A stretch of DNA of 64,000 nt from Acidobacteriota bacterium (GCA_028875575.1 JAPPDF010000080.1:93940-157939), one strand, 5' to 3'. Counted from the first letter of the stretch, positions 19,331 to 29,002 are shown. A program made the numbers and translations. The notes: generated by a model from the letters alone, not told the origin.

Positions 19331-19894
19331 CTAGCGCGCCAATCCGAACGTCACCGACAAACTGCTACGTGTAGTGTATCTGACGCCTATTGTGTAGCCG
19401 GATCTCTTCCCCTTGATGGTGAACAGCATTCCGCCTCCGGAATTGAAATAATTGGCCGTCTGGTAATCGATAAAACTGTCGGAGAACGCCTGATCCGGAT
19501 TCTGTCCGGGATTGAATCTTCTGCAGGCACCCGGTATGCGATCCACGCACCTCGCGCTCCCGGCCCAGCCGACCAGTCCATAGGTAGTCCAGGTGACTCG
19601 GGACGACAACGGGATGGAAACGCCAATGGGAAAGTTCATCTCCAACTCAGACTCAAAATCGGAAGGTGGTTTCGGCTTGTTCAACGCCAACTCCATTCCA
19701 AGATAGAGCCCTTTGCGCCTCCCGACACCCGCGCCCAATCCAATACTTCTCTGACCTCCGACCAGGTAAGCGTGCGAAAAGGAGGGTTTGCCCGTCTCAG
19801 ACGCCTCCTGGCCAAGTACCCATGACTCGGAACAGATCAGAGCCATCCCGGAAACAATCACAATCGTTAAACTTCGGCTGAGTCTCGGATTCAT
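19331..19894 (-). CDS. Small secreted beta-barrel-like outer membrane protein, paralog 1
   Basis: 187 aa. Signal-like IVIVSGMALICSESWVLGQ, alternating beta-strand-like pattern, conserved Cys pair (CVDRIPGAC). SD GAAGGGGG upstream of the ATG. Confidence 0.6.
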   Translation of the reverse strand: MNPRLSRSLTIVIVSGMALICSESWVLGQEASETGKPSFSHAYLVGGQRSIGLGAGVGRRKGLYLGMELALNKPKPPSDFESELEMNFPIGVSIPLSSRVTWTTYGLVGWAGSARCVDRIPGACRRFNPGQNPDQAFSDSFIDYQTANYFNSGGGMLFTIKGKRSGYTIGVRYTTRSSLSVTFGLAR

Positions 19895-19958
19895 CGTTCA
19901 CCCCCTTCACAACGTCCTTTTTCCCCTTCATTGCCGGCCGGTCTGAAGCGTCGCCCGG

Positions 19959-20525
19959 CTAGAAGGTGATTCCGAAAATCATGGAGAAACCGCTGCGCCT
20001 GGTGGCTCTGACGCCTATCGAGAAGCCGTGCTTTTTCCCCCTGAAGGCGAACTCCATACCGCCTCCGCCATTAAAATGAGTGGCCTCCCTGTAATCGAGC
20101 AGGCCGTCGGAGAACCGATGTTCCGGATACTCATCGGGCATGAAAATTCTGCAGGACCCCGGTACGCGGTCTATGCACTTGGAACTCATGGCGTAGCCGA
20201 GCAGCCCGTAGGGTGTCAAGGTGACCCGGGACGACAAGGGAAAGGAATAACCAATCGGAAAGTTGATCTCCGTCTCGGACTCGAATTCGCTGGGTGGATT
20301 CGGGCTTGGATTCCACACCATCTCGATTCCGCCATAGGGCCCCTTGTATTTGCTGTGGCTCACACCCCATCCGACACTCCGGCTACCTCCGATCAGGTAG
20401 AAGCGCCCAAAGCCGGGTTTGTCATTTTCGGACGGGTCCTGGCCTAGCGCCCAAGACTCGGAGAACATCACAGCCATCCCGGAAACAATTACAACTGTGA
20501 AACTTCCGAAGAGACTCAGCTTCAT
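19959..20525 (-). CDS. Small secreted beta-barrel-like outer membrane protein, paralog 2
   Basis: 188 aa and a paralog of 19331..19894. Shared blocks: VIVSGMA, SESWxLGQ, FESExExNFPIG, PLSSRVT, CxDRxPGxC. C-terminal aromatic residue (GITF). Perfect SD AAGGAGGTG upstream. Confidence 0.65.
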   Translation of the reverse strand: MKLSLFGSFTVVIVSGMAVMFSESWALGQDPSENDKPGFGRFYLIGGSRSVGWGVSHSKYKGPYGGIEMVWNPSPNPPSEFESETEINFPIGYSFPLSSRVTLTPYGLLGYAMSSKCIDRVPGSCRIFMPDEYPEHRFSDGLLDYREATHFNGGGGMEFAFRGKKHGFSIGVRATRRSGFSMIFGITF

Positions 20526-20906
20526 TGTTCACCTCCTTCACAACGTCCTTTTCTCCGGCCCCACCCGACCGATCAACCGAACGGCCTCGGGAAAAGACAG
20601 GCTGTTGTCCGTGAGGTCGTTACTAAGGAGATGGCCGGCTATACTCTTCTGTTGCCTTTAGACTGGTTCCGGCGTGGGCCACGCAAGACACCTGCACACT
20701 TGGATGACCTGAGTGTAGATTGATGGTGTTCACCTGACATTCGGCTATCATGGCGGTGGTCGCTCCGCAGTCCTGCCGGCATTTGATTAGTGACAAGCCA
20801 GATTGGACGGGACGGACATACAACCGCCGCCTGGGAAATTGCGTGCGGCTGGTCTCGCTGGAGATTTCTTGGACCAGTCGACAATCACGCCAGAAAGGGG
20901 ATTCTC

Positions 20907-22193
20907 ATGAAACACGGGGTCCAACCAGGGCAGGTCGAGCCTCGGGAGTCCGAAACCGGCGTCACCGATGTGTTCCGGTTGGTCCCCGAACCCGTGAAGT
21001 GCGGGATCTTTCTTGGGTTGATGGCGGTCGTGGGCGTCGCCGGCCCGGGCTGCCGCCCCCGGGTCGAGGACCATCGGGTCCGGGTCGAGATCGAGGGGGA
21101 GGTGGAGATCGTTCCTCCGGGAAGCGGTCAGGGGCGAGGGATGCTGGGAATCGTTCGGCACCCGGACGGGTCGATCTTTGTCAACACTCAGAGCCGAGGG
21201 CTGGTCAGGAGCACCGACAACGGCCGGACCTGGGAGGCGATGGAGGCGGAGAACGCCTTCGCCCTAGGAGTCACCCGAGACGGTCGGCTGTGGCTGGCCG
21301 GTCCGAAGGCAGAGGATGCGGTTTCGGTTTCCTATTCGGCGGACCGGGGCCGGAGCTGGAAGGCCGCCCTGGTGGACGGCGCCGCTCTGGCCCCGTCTTC
21401 AAAGCGGCCCTACGACTGGGTGGGAGACGACTACAACACCTTCCTGGAGAGTCCCGACGGCACCCTGATGCTGGGGGTGGGCGCCCGCTATCTGCCCTGG
21501 TACTATCAGGACCCCGACCTCATGCAGGACGGCCTGGTCCGGCCGGACGCGGACATCGGGGGCCTGTTTCTGATTCGCAGCACCGACGGCGGCAAAAGCT
21601 GGGGAGACCCGACCCTGATGCATCCCTTCGTCTGTGAAGTCGGTCTGGCAGCCGACCCCTTCAACCCGGACCGTCTGCTGGCCATGACCCGCGTTCAGCG
21701 GCCGCTGCTGGCCGGAGAGGATCGGAAGACCACGCTGGAGAAGACGGGATGTCCTGCCGATGTGCCTTCCGCTGAGCCCTCCATCTACAAGAACGGTCTT
21801 CTGTTGGAGTCCCACGACCGAGGCCGCACTTTCCGCGAGGTGCCCGGCAGCCTCACCGGCTACTACGAACACCGGGGGACCATTCTTTGGACCGGCGATA
21901 ACGTCGTGGTGGTGACCCACCAGGCAGGCAACCAGAGCCCGCGATGGGGGGCTCTATTCGCACGGATCAGCCTGGACGGAGGAAAGACCTGGGCGGACGG
22001 GTCTCCGTCAGGGACGCCCCGGATGAACCAATCCACCCGCTTCGAGCTGGTCCCCAAGCCTCCCGGCCACTCCTTTACCGCCCCCACCCTGGAACTGTCC
22101 CGGGACCGGTTCCTGACTCCCTACCTCCACGGGAGCATCGCCGCCGGCACGGCAACCGTCACCGGCGTCTTCTGGCGCCTCGAGCGGCAATAG
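20907..22193 (+). CDS. BNR/Asp-box repeat (sialidase-like beta-propeller) protein
   Basis: ATG at 20907. Four Asp-boxes: STDNGRTW, SADRGRSW, STDGGKSW, SLDGGKTW. No FRIP-type motif was seen, so catalytic sialidase activity is uncertain. Confidence 0.7.
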   Translation: MKHGVQPGQVEPRESETGVTDVFRLVPEPVKCGIFLGLMAVVGVAGPGCRPRVEDHRVRVEIEGEVEIVPPGSGQGRGMLGIVRHPDGSIFVNTQSRGLVRSTDNGRTWEAMEAENAFALGVTRDGRLWLAGPKAEDAVSVSYSADRGRSWKAALVDGAALAPSSKRPYDWVGDDYNTFLESPDGTLMLGVGARYLPWYYQDPDLMQDGLVRPDADIGGLFLIRSTDGGKSWGDPTLMHPFVCEVGLAADPFNPDRLLAMTRVQRPLLAGEDRKTTLEKTGCPADVPSAEPSIYKNGLLLESHDRGRTFREVPGSLTGYYEHRGTILWTGDNVVVVTHQAGNQSPRWGALFARISLDGGKTWADGSPSGTPRMNQSTRFELVPKPPGHSFTAPTLELSRDRFLTPYLHGSIAAGTATVTGVFWRLERQ

Positions 22194-22198
22194 CCCGG

Positions 22199-22423
22199 TC
22201 ATGGTGCCCGGCGAGCCCATGCCACGGCCTCGGCCACATCGGCCTCGGACATGCCGAGTTCAGCCAACTTGGCCCGCACTGCATCGGCACGGTTCAGGCG
22301 CACGGGCGTCAGCACAATGCGGCCATTCGCCTTGGTTACATCGAAATACTCGTAGCCTCGGAAATCGTCGACCACGGCTTTGGGAAGGGTCAACCGGTTC
22401 TTGGACGTCAGCTTGGCAAGCAT
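22199..22423 (-). CDS. AbrB/MazE/SpoVT-type antitoxin-like DNA-binding protein (orphan)
   Basis: MLAKLTSKNRLTLPKAVVDDF is a SpoVT/AbrB swapped-hairpin motif. 74 aa from the ATG at 22423. There is no room for a downstream toxin, since the stop lies 5 nt from the convergent BNR gene stop. Confidence 0.6.
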   Translation of the reverse strand: MLAKLTSKNRLTLPKAVVDDFRGYEYFDVTKANGRIVLTPVRLNRADAVRAKLAELGMSEADVAEAVAWARRAP

Positions 22424-22550
22424 GAAATGCTCTCCAAAGCGACAGAACGGGAACAAGAACAATTAATTCCCCGTCAATGGTAACCAAATTTGGTGGGGCT
22501 TATGTTTCCGAGAAGTCAGGGGTGGCATACAGGTGCCTGGCTCTGCCCAC

Positions 22551-23882
22551 TCAGGCAGTGACGATGCCCAAGGGCTGTCTCTCCTTCCACCCGCCACGGG
22601 TGAAATCGGGGAAATGGACCGGTTGGTTCCGGCTGGCGAGGGAGCGCTCGCTGAGAGGGGACACGGCGCTCAACGCCGCGGCGTCGTATACGTCCATGTC
22701 GAGGGGAGTGCCCCGGCGCAGGCACTGGATCAGACGGTAGTCCTCGATGTAGTCCATGCCTCCGTGGCCGGCTCCCCTGGACTGTTCTTGCATGGCCTTC
22801 CACAAGGGGTGCTCGAACTCCGGGCCGTAATTGGAAAGGGGTTCCCACTGGTGCTCCGGGGAGCGTCCCTCGATGTAGATCTTCTCCTCGGGATACTTGC
22901 GGACCAGGCCCCGGGTTCCCTGCACGTTGACGTCCCGGCTGTAGGGCCTGGGGGAATCGGTATCGTGCTTGACCACGATAGTTTGTCCGGCGGTGGTCTG
23001 GATCAGGGTGGTGACCACGTCCCCCAGCGCATACCGTTTTCGGGCTTCCGTACTGTCCGGGCCGAACTTCTTTTCCGCAAACAGATTGAGTCCCCGGGAG
23101 GGGCTGCTCATGGAAACCAGGCGGGTGAACTGGTTGCCGCGATTGATGTTCATGCACTGAGCCACTGGCCCCAGCCCGTGAGTCGGATAGAGGTCCCCAT
23201 TGCGCGTCACCGAATGGGCCAGCCGCCACAAACCCTCTCCCTCGTCGCTGAACTTGATGTCGCGCAGGTCGTGCAGATAACCGCACTCGGCGTGGAGCAA
23301 CTCTCCCAGCAGCCCCTTGCGAACCATGTTCAGAATCATCAACTCCACCCGGTCGTAACAGCAGTTCTCCATCATCACGCAATGCCTGCCGGTACTCTCT
23401 GAAGTCTCCACCAGTTGCCAACACTCCTCCAGCGTGACCGCCGCCGGCACTTCGGTGGCCGCATGCTTGCCGTTCTTCATGGCGGCGATGCAGACGGGGA
23501 CGTGCCAGCGCCAGGGCGTGGCCGTGTAGACCAGGTCCAGGTCTCCCTCGGCGCACAGACGCTCGAAATCGCGCTCGCCCCTGGTATAGAGCCTGGGCGC
23601 CGGCTGCCCGGCCTCCTGTACCATGGCGGCAGCGCGCCTTGCATGCTCTTCCCGGATGTCGCAGATGGCCGTGATGGCCGCGCCCTCGATGCGGACCAGG
23701 TTCCGGATATGCCCGGTCCCCATTCCGCCCACGCCCACGAATCCCACCCGGACCGTTTCCATGGAGGGTTGGTGAGCCAGCGCCCTTTGGCCGGCCGCCA
23801 GGCCAAGTCCGGCGGCGGCTCCTGATTTCACGAATTCTCGCCGGTTGATGAATGAGCCGAGGGGCCGGTGTTCCATGCTCAT
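22551..23882 (-). CDS. Tat-exported Gfo/Idh/MocA family oxidoreductase, GH109-like
   Basis: ATG at 23882. Twin-arginine motif INRREFVKSGAAAGLGLAA. Rossmann motif VGFVGVGGMGTGH. The MMENCCYD block is typical of NAD-dependent GH109-like enzymes. Confidence 0.7.
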   Translation of the reverse strand: MSMEHRPLGSFINRREFVKSGAAAGLGLAAGQRALAHQPSMETVRVGFVGVGGMGTGHIRNLVRIEGAAITAICDIREEHARRAAAMVQEAGQPAPRLYTRGERDFERLCAEGDLDLVYTATPWRWHVPVCIAAMKNGKHAATEVPAAVTLEECWQLVETSESTGRHCVMMENCCYDRVELMILNMVRKGLLGELLHAECGYLHDLRDIKFSDEGEGLWRLAHSVTRNGDLYPTHGLGPVAQCMNINRGNQFTRLVSMSSPSRGLNLFAEKKFGPDSTEARKRYALGDVVTTLIQTTAGQTIVVKHDTDSPRPYSRDVNVQGTRGLVRKYPEEKIYIEGRSPEHQWEPLSNYGPEFEHPLWKAMQEQSRGAGHGGMDYIEDYRLIQCLRRGTPLDMDVYDAAALSAVSPLSERSLASRNQPVHFPDFTRGGWKERQPLGIVTA

Positions 23883-24040
23883 GGGATTTCCTTTCCTGCG
23901 GGCAGCTTGAGGATTCCTGCCCTTCTTGCGAGATGGCTGCTTACAGGTTGCAATTATATGCCAGGCGCGCAGTTTGACGGCTGATCGATGATGAAAGCGA
24001 ACCACGAACGGCCCAGACGTCGCGGAATGAAGCCCCACGG

Positions 24041-24236
24041 GAGCGCGGGCGTCCCGCCCGCATGCACTCCCGTTGCCTGCCGCTCAGTTTCCCCGCGATG
24101 GGGCACCCGGGCACCCTGCCGGCGGGAACGGCAGGGGATGGACCGAAGCAGAGTCCTGGCGCCGTTGCCGTTCGAGCCGGGTGGAGGAGATGGGCCAAGC
24201 TGTGCCAGGACTTGTGCGGGCGGGACGCCCGCGCTC
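24041..24236. repeat. Perfect 22-bp inverted repeat pair flanking 152 bp
   Basis: GAGCGCGGGCGTCCCGCCCGCA (24041-24062) and its exact reverse complement TGCGGGCGGGACGCCCGCGCTC (24215-24236). Each arm contains the 17-bp near-palindrome GCGGGCG-TCC-CGCCCGC. Confidence 0.85.
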
Positions 24237-24477
24237 CCGGGGGGACCCTCCTCCCATCACTCTTGCTGCTTGAGGGGGCACGCGCCATCTTGCCGGGCCA
24301 AAGTCCTGCCGGTCGGATCATCTGAGAGCGAAACAGCTTTGTTTCAGGCAAGACACACCTTCGCCAATCGGGGACGAAACGGTGTATCCTTTCCGGTAAT
24401 CTACCAACCAGGACGGGATCGGATTTCGTTCGATGGCGGGCCGCCAGTGAAGAGGCGGCCAGGGAGGATGGGTCAAC

Positions 24478-25620
24478 ATGAACATTAACAGGGCAGCGCT
24501 GCTGCTGTCTCTCGGGCTCCTTTTAAATGGTTGCGCGGCCAAGCAGGAGGTCAGCCAACAAGAGATCAGCCACGTGGACGTATTCACCTCGGGCCAGGAC
24601 GGCTACCACACCTACCGTATCCCAGCAGTAGAAACCGCTGCCGACGGATCGGTGCTGGTCTTTACCGAAGCTCGCAAGTACAACCGGCACGATCCCGGCA
24701 CCCACGGCAATGACATCGATCTGGTCTACAAGCGCAGCACGGACGCCGGCAAGACCTGGTCGGACATGATGGTGCTGGACGATCCCGGGGAGCGCTGGGC
24801 CTCCTGCAATCCGGTCACCCTGCTGGATCGGACCACCAAGCGGGTGTGGCTGTTCCACAACCGGACTCGGCCGGACCGCAGCAGCGCGAGCGCCAGGGTC
24901 GGGACCGACGACTCCCAGGCCTGGGCACGCTACAGCCAGGACAACGGACTCACCTGGTCGGAGCCCATGGACCTTACCGGAATCGCCCGGGACGTCGAGC
25001 ACTGGGGAAGCTCATTCTTCGGTCCGGGGGGCGCCATTCAGAACGCCGCGGGGCGCCTGATCGTTCCGGTTTCCCAGACGACCGGCAAGGGCGACGGCGA
25101 CGACCGGTCCACTCCTACCACCTGGACGGCGTTCACCATCTACAGCGACGACCACGGAGAAACCTGGACTCGGGGCCAGTTGGTCTCCTCTGCCTCCAGC
25201 GAGAACCAACTGGTCGAGTTGGCCGACGGCAATCTCTTGATGGATGCCCGCCAGGACAAGGGTCCGACCCGGTGGATCTTCCTCAGCAGCGACGGCGGCC
25301 AGACCTGGTCTTCCCCCAGGACCGGGCAGGTGGTGCCACCCATCGCCTCGGGCATCGAGCGTTACTCGCTGGCGTCGGCCGGCGACGACCGCAACCGGAT
25401 CCTCTGGACAGGACCCAAGGGCCCCGGGCGGCAGACGCTGGTTCTTCGGGTCAGCTACGACGAAGGCCGGACCTTTACCAACGAACGGGTGATTTCAGAA
25501 GAGAAGGCGGCCTACTCCGACATCACCCTGCTGGCTGACCGGAGCATCGGAGTCATCTGGGAGCGTGGCGGTTACGCCTTCCTGACGTTCACCCGCTTCG
25601 ACCTGGGATTTGCCGAATAG
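24478..25620 (+). CDS. nanH: Exo-alpha-sialidase (GH33), lipoprotein
   Basis: Lipobox LLLNGC. FRIP-type motif YRIP. Asp-boxes STDAGKTW, SQDNGLTW, SDDHGETW, SSDGGQTW. Confidence 0.85.
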   Translation: MNINRAALLLSLGLLLNGCAAKQEVSQQEISHVDVFTSGQDGYHTYRIPAVETAADGSVLVFTEARKYNRHDPGTHGNDIDLVYKRSTDAGKTWSDMMVLDDPGERWASCNPVTLLDRTTKRVWLFHNRTRPDRSSASARVGTDDSQAWARYSQDNGLTWSEPMDLTGIARDVEHWGSSFFGPGGAIQNAAGRLIVPVSQTTGKGDGDDRSTPTTWTAFTIYSDDHGETWTRGQLVSSASSENQLVELADGNLLMDARQDKGPTRWIFLSSDGGQTWSSPRTGQVVPPIASGIERYSLASAGDDRNRILWTGPKGPGRQTLVLRVSYDEGRTFTNERVISEEKAAYSDITLLADRSIGVIWERGGYAFLTFTRFDLGFAE

Positions 25621-25849
25621 GTGCACCTCTTGTGGGTGCCCAATGCGCCTGCGAGCGGGCAAACGCGAACATCCGAGCACCCACGAGGGGCGCCCCTACG
25701 GTGGGGAGGCAACGCGCGATGCCCGATCCCCACCGCGGCGTCCTTGCCCCGCCCCGATCGACGGGTTAGAATTTCCCCGATTGGTCATATGGAATCAGTG
25801 CCGGATCAGGAAAAGACAGTCGAATCTGAAATCGGAAATCGAGGGTCCC

Positions 25850-28138
25850 ATGCGTGGAACAGTCCTGCTTGCCGCAATGATTTGGGCGGTGGTCGGTGGT
25901 GCAACCCCGGCTGCCGCGGAGGAAGGGTCCAGGAAGGAAAACGGGTTTCGAGACTCCTACGCCACTCTCAAACGAACCCTGTGGACCACCTCTCGGGTCA
26001 AGGGATCTCCCGATCCTCCCAACCCCTTCCGCACCGAGGTGGCCTTCCCCCACCTGAGGTTCGAGCAGCCGCTGGAGTTGACCATCGCTCCCGGCAGCGA
26101 TCGCCTGTTCGTGGTGGAGCGTTTCGGCAAGATTTTTTCTTTTGAAGTGGATCGAGAGACCACCGAGGCCGAGCTGCTGATCGACCTCGAGAAGACCACC
26201 TACGGGTTGGCGTTCCACCCCAGGTTCCAGGAAAACGGCTACTTCTACGTCACCTACGTGCTGCACCCCATCAAGACCCTCCCCAAGGGCACCCGGATTT
26301 CCCGCTTCCAGGTTCGTCCCGACAACCGCTTCCAGGCCGATCCCGACTCCGAAACCATCATCTTTGAATGGCCTTCCGGCGGACACAACGGGGGGTGTCT
26401 CCGGTTCGGCCCCGACGGCTATCTCTATATTGCCACGGGGGACGGCAGCGGCATCGCCGATGAGCTTGACACCGGACAGGATGTCTCCGACCTGCTGGCC
26501 TCCATTTTGAGGATCGACGTCGACCGCCCCGATCCGGGCAAGAAATACGGAATTCCCAAGGACAACCCCTTCGTGGGCCGGAAAGGGGCCCGTCCGGAGA
26601 TCTGGGCTTACGGCCTGCGCCAGATCTGGAAGATGAACTTCGACCGCGAGACCGGAAATCTGTGGGGCGGGGAAGTGGGCCAGGACCTGTGGGAAATGAT
26701 CTACCTGATCCAGCGGGGAGGCAACTACGGCTGGAGCGTCCAGGAGGGTAGCCACCCCTTCCGGCCCGATCGCCGCCTGGGGCCGTCGCCCATTCTGAAG
26801 CCCGTGGTCGAGCACGGACACGCCGATTTCCGTTCCATCACCGGAGGCTTTGTCTATCGCGGCGAACGGCTGCCGGAAATCGTCGGGACCTACGTCTACG
26901 GGGACTACGACACCGGACGGATCTGGGGCTTCCGGCATGACGGAGACCAGGTCAGCGAGCACCGGGAGCTGGTCGACACCTCCTTCCGCATCATCGATTT
27001 CGGACAGACCCACCAGGGCGCACTCTACGTGATGGACTTCATCGGCGGCCAGATTCATCGGCTGGTCCGCTCTCCGGCGGTGCACCAACCCAACCAGTTC
27101 CCCCTCCGGCTGAGCCAGACAGGGCTCTTCTCCTCGGTGCGGGAGCACAAGCCCGCCCCCGGCCTGATTCCCTACTCGGTGAACTCGGAGCTCTGGTCCG
27201 ATGCCGCCGTCAAGGAGCGCTGGATCGCCATTCCCGGGAACTCCCAGGTGGAATTCGACACGGTGGAGTACCCGCAACCCGCGCCCGGCGCCCCGCTGGG
27301 CTGGCGTTTCCCCGACGGCACGGTGATCGTCAAGACCTTCTCCCTGGAGCTGGAGGCGGGAAACCCGGACAGCCTCCACCGGGTGGAGACCCGCCTGCTC
27401 CACCAGGAGGCTCTGGGGGGAACCGAGGAAGTGGGAGACCAGTACTGGAAGGGATACTCCTACGTCTGGAACGAGGACCAGACCGACGCCACCCTGGTGG
27501 GAACGCGGGGCCTGGACCGAACCTACACCGTTTCCGATCCGGAGGCCACGGGCGGAAAGCGCGAGCAGGTCTGGCGCTTTCCCAGCCGTGCCGAATGCAC
27601 GCTCTGCCACACCGTGCCCGCCAAGTACGTCCTGGGCTTGAACACCCTGCAGATGAACAAGGAGCACGACTACGGATGGACCACGGCCAACCAGTTGGAG
27701 GTGCTGCACCGGTTGGGGGTGTTCACCGAGCCGTTGCCCAAGTCGCCGTCAGAGCTTCCCAGAATCTACGACCACCTAGACCGGAACCGATCTCTGGACG
27801 AGCGGGCCCGGGCCTACCTGCACTCCAATTGCGCCCACTGTCACCAGAAATGGGGAGGCGGCAACGCCGATTTTCTATTGCACGCAACCATCTCCCTGAA
27901 AGAGACCAGGACGTTGGACGTAACTCCCGGGCATGGAGATTTCGACATCGTCGACGGCCGCTTGCTGGCTCCGGGAGACCCGGATCGGTCCCTGATCCTC
28001 TTCCGCATGACCAAGCTGGGTCTGGGCCGCATGCCGCACATCGCCTCCAATGTGGTCGACCGGGAGGCCGTGGAGCTGATCCGGGATTGGATCTCCAGCC
28101 TGCCGGCTGAAGCCGAGGTCGCCGCCAACCGGCCCTGA
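25850..28138 (+). CDS. PQQ-dependent sugar dehydrogenase (soluble GSDH-type beta-propeller) with C-terminal di-heme c-type domain
   Basis: ATG at 25850 with a signal peptide. HNGGCLRFGPDGYLYIATGDG and GGNYGWS are GSDH-family motifs. Two CXXCH sites (CTLCH, CAHCH). Confidence 0.8.
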   Translation: MRGTVLLAAMIWAVVGGATPAAAEEGSRKENGFRDSYATLKRTLWTTSRVKGSPDPPNPFRTEVAFPHLRFEQPLELTIAPGSDRLFVVERFGKIFSFEVDRETTEAELLIDLEKTTYGLAFHPRFQENGYFYVTYVLHPIKTLPKGTRISRFQVRPDNRFQADPDSETIIFEWPSGGHNGGCLRFGPDGYLYIATGDGSGIADELDTGQDVSDLLASILRIDVDRPDPGKKYGIPKDNPFVGRKGARPEIWAYGLRQIWKMNFDRETGNLWGGEVGQDLWEMIYLIQRGGNYGWSVQEGSHPFRPDRRLGPSPILKPVVEHGHADFRSITGGFVYRGERLPEIVGTYVYGDYDTGRIWGFRHDGDQVSEHRELVDTSFRIIDFGQTHQGALYVMDFIGGQIHRLVRSPAVHQPNQFPLRLSQTGLFSSVREHKPAPGLIPYSVNSELWSDAAVKERWIAIPGNSQVEFDTVEYPQPAPGAPLGWRFPDGTVIVKTFSLELEAGNPDSLHRVETRLLHQEALGGTEEVGDQYWKGYSYVWNEDQTDATLVGTRGLDRTYTVSDPEATGGKREQVWRFPSRAECTLCHTVPAKYVLGLNTLQMNKEHDYGWTTANQLEVLHRLGVFTEPLPKSPSELPRIYDHLDRNRSLDERARAYLHSNCAHCHQKWGGGNADFLLHATISLKETRTLDVTPGHGDFDIVDGRLLAPGDPDRSLILFRMTKLGLGRMPHIASNVVDREAVELIRDWISSLPAEAEVAANRP

Positions 28139-28169
28139 GGCACCGCCTGGGCCTTCCCCGCAATCTGCC

Positions 28170-28550
28170 ATGAGGCCACCCGTCAATATCCTACGTTGGC
28201 CGAACCTGGTGATGGCATCGCTGTATCTCCTTTGCCTGGCCGTCCAGTACAACGATCCCGACCCCTGGCGCTGGGCCGGACTCTACGGCCTGGCCGTCCT
28301 GTGCTGCTGCCTGGCCGCTCTGGGAAGGGTTCCCCGAATCATGCCCCTGGTGCTGGCCCTGGGGTCGCTGGGCTGGGCCGGGATGCTGGCTGCACGCGTG
28401 TCCGGTGCGGTGCCGGCCTGGGAACTCCTGGCCTCCTTCGAGATGGCGAACCTGGAGGTCGAGGAAACCCGGGAGATGGTCGGCCTGCTTCTGGTCGGAC
28501 TGTGGATGGCCGTCCTGACCCTCTCCCCCGGACGCAGACTTCCGTACTGA
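28170..28550 (+). CDS. Transmembrane family 220-like small membrane protein
   Basis: 126 aa with four hydrophobic segments and a YNDPDPWRW motif. Function unknown. Confidence 0.5.
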   Translation: MRPPVNILRWPNLVMASLYLLCLAVQYNDPDPWRWAGLYGLAVLCCCLAALGRVPRIMPLVLALGSLGWAGMLAARVSGAVPAWELLASFEMANLEVEETREMVGLLLVGLWMAVLTLSPGRRLPY

Positions 28551-28579
28551 AAACGCGGAGGGACTTGAAAAGAAATAGA

Positions 28580-28624
28580 GTTATCCACGAAGGGACACGA
28601 AGGAAGACGAAGGGCCACTAAGGA
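28580..28624. repeat. Solo class-A-type left arm (decamer word array)
   Basis: GTTAT then CCACGAAGGG ACACGAAGGA AGACGAAGGG CCACTAAGGA. It starts with the same GTTATCCACGAAGG terminus as element A1. Only a degenerate possible partner is seen, near 28905-28935. Confidence 0.6.
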
Positions 28625-28932
28625 ACTGGAGAAGACTCGAGAGGAATCCGCCCAGGGTTGGGAAGTGGGAGGGCGAACCGATGCGGGCTTGCGGCAGGCG
28701 GCCAACCTGGCCCGCCGGGAAGATGCGTTTGGCGTTCAGGGCACCCCTGTTGCCACTGGTTGCGATCGATGCCGCAGGTCCAGTTCCAGTGAGCACGGGT
28801 GAACGGGAAGAACTTCAAGGAGGACTTCCGGCGTCGGCCGCAGGCAAGCCGGGGATCGGGATCCCAACCCTAGCCGGGTCCATGCTTGCATGCCATTCGG
28901 GTACGACCGCGACCCGCCTTGCGTCCTTGCCA

Positions 28933-28980
28933 GAAAAAAATGCCGCCGGACCAGCGGTCACTGACCGCTGGTCCGGCGGG
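28933..28980 (-). terminator. Rho-independent terminator of the 29003..29329 gene
   Basis: 18-bp perfect stem CCGCCGGACCAGCGGTCA (28943-28960) / TGACCGCTGGTCCGGCGG (28962-28979). On the minus strand it is followed by a run of seven T (complement of A-run 28934-28940). Confidence 0.85.
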
Positions 28981-29002
28981 CGGTTTCCAACGAGTATAAG
29001 TG

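Noticed and set aside
24322-24345. CTGAGA string upstream of the sialidase gene considered as a TPP riboswitch core
   Set aside because: None of the other conserved TPP-riboswitch elements are present, and the gene context (sialidase) does not fit.
25766-27709. 647-aa minus-strand ORF
   Set aside because: It lies antisense to the PQQ-dependent dehydrogenase gene, which carries clear family motifs and CXXCH sites.
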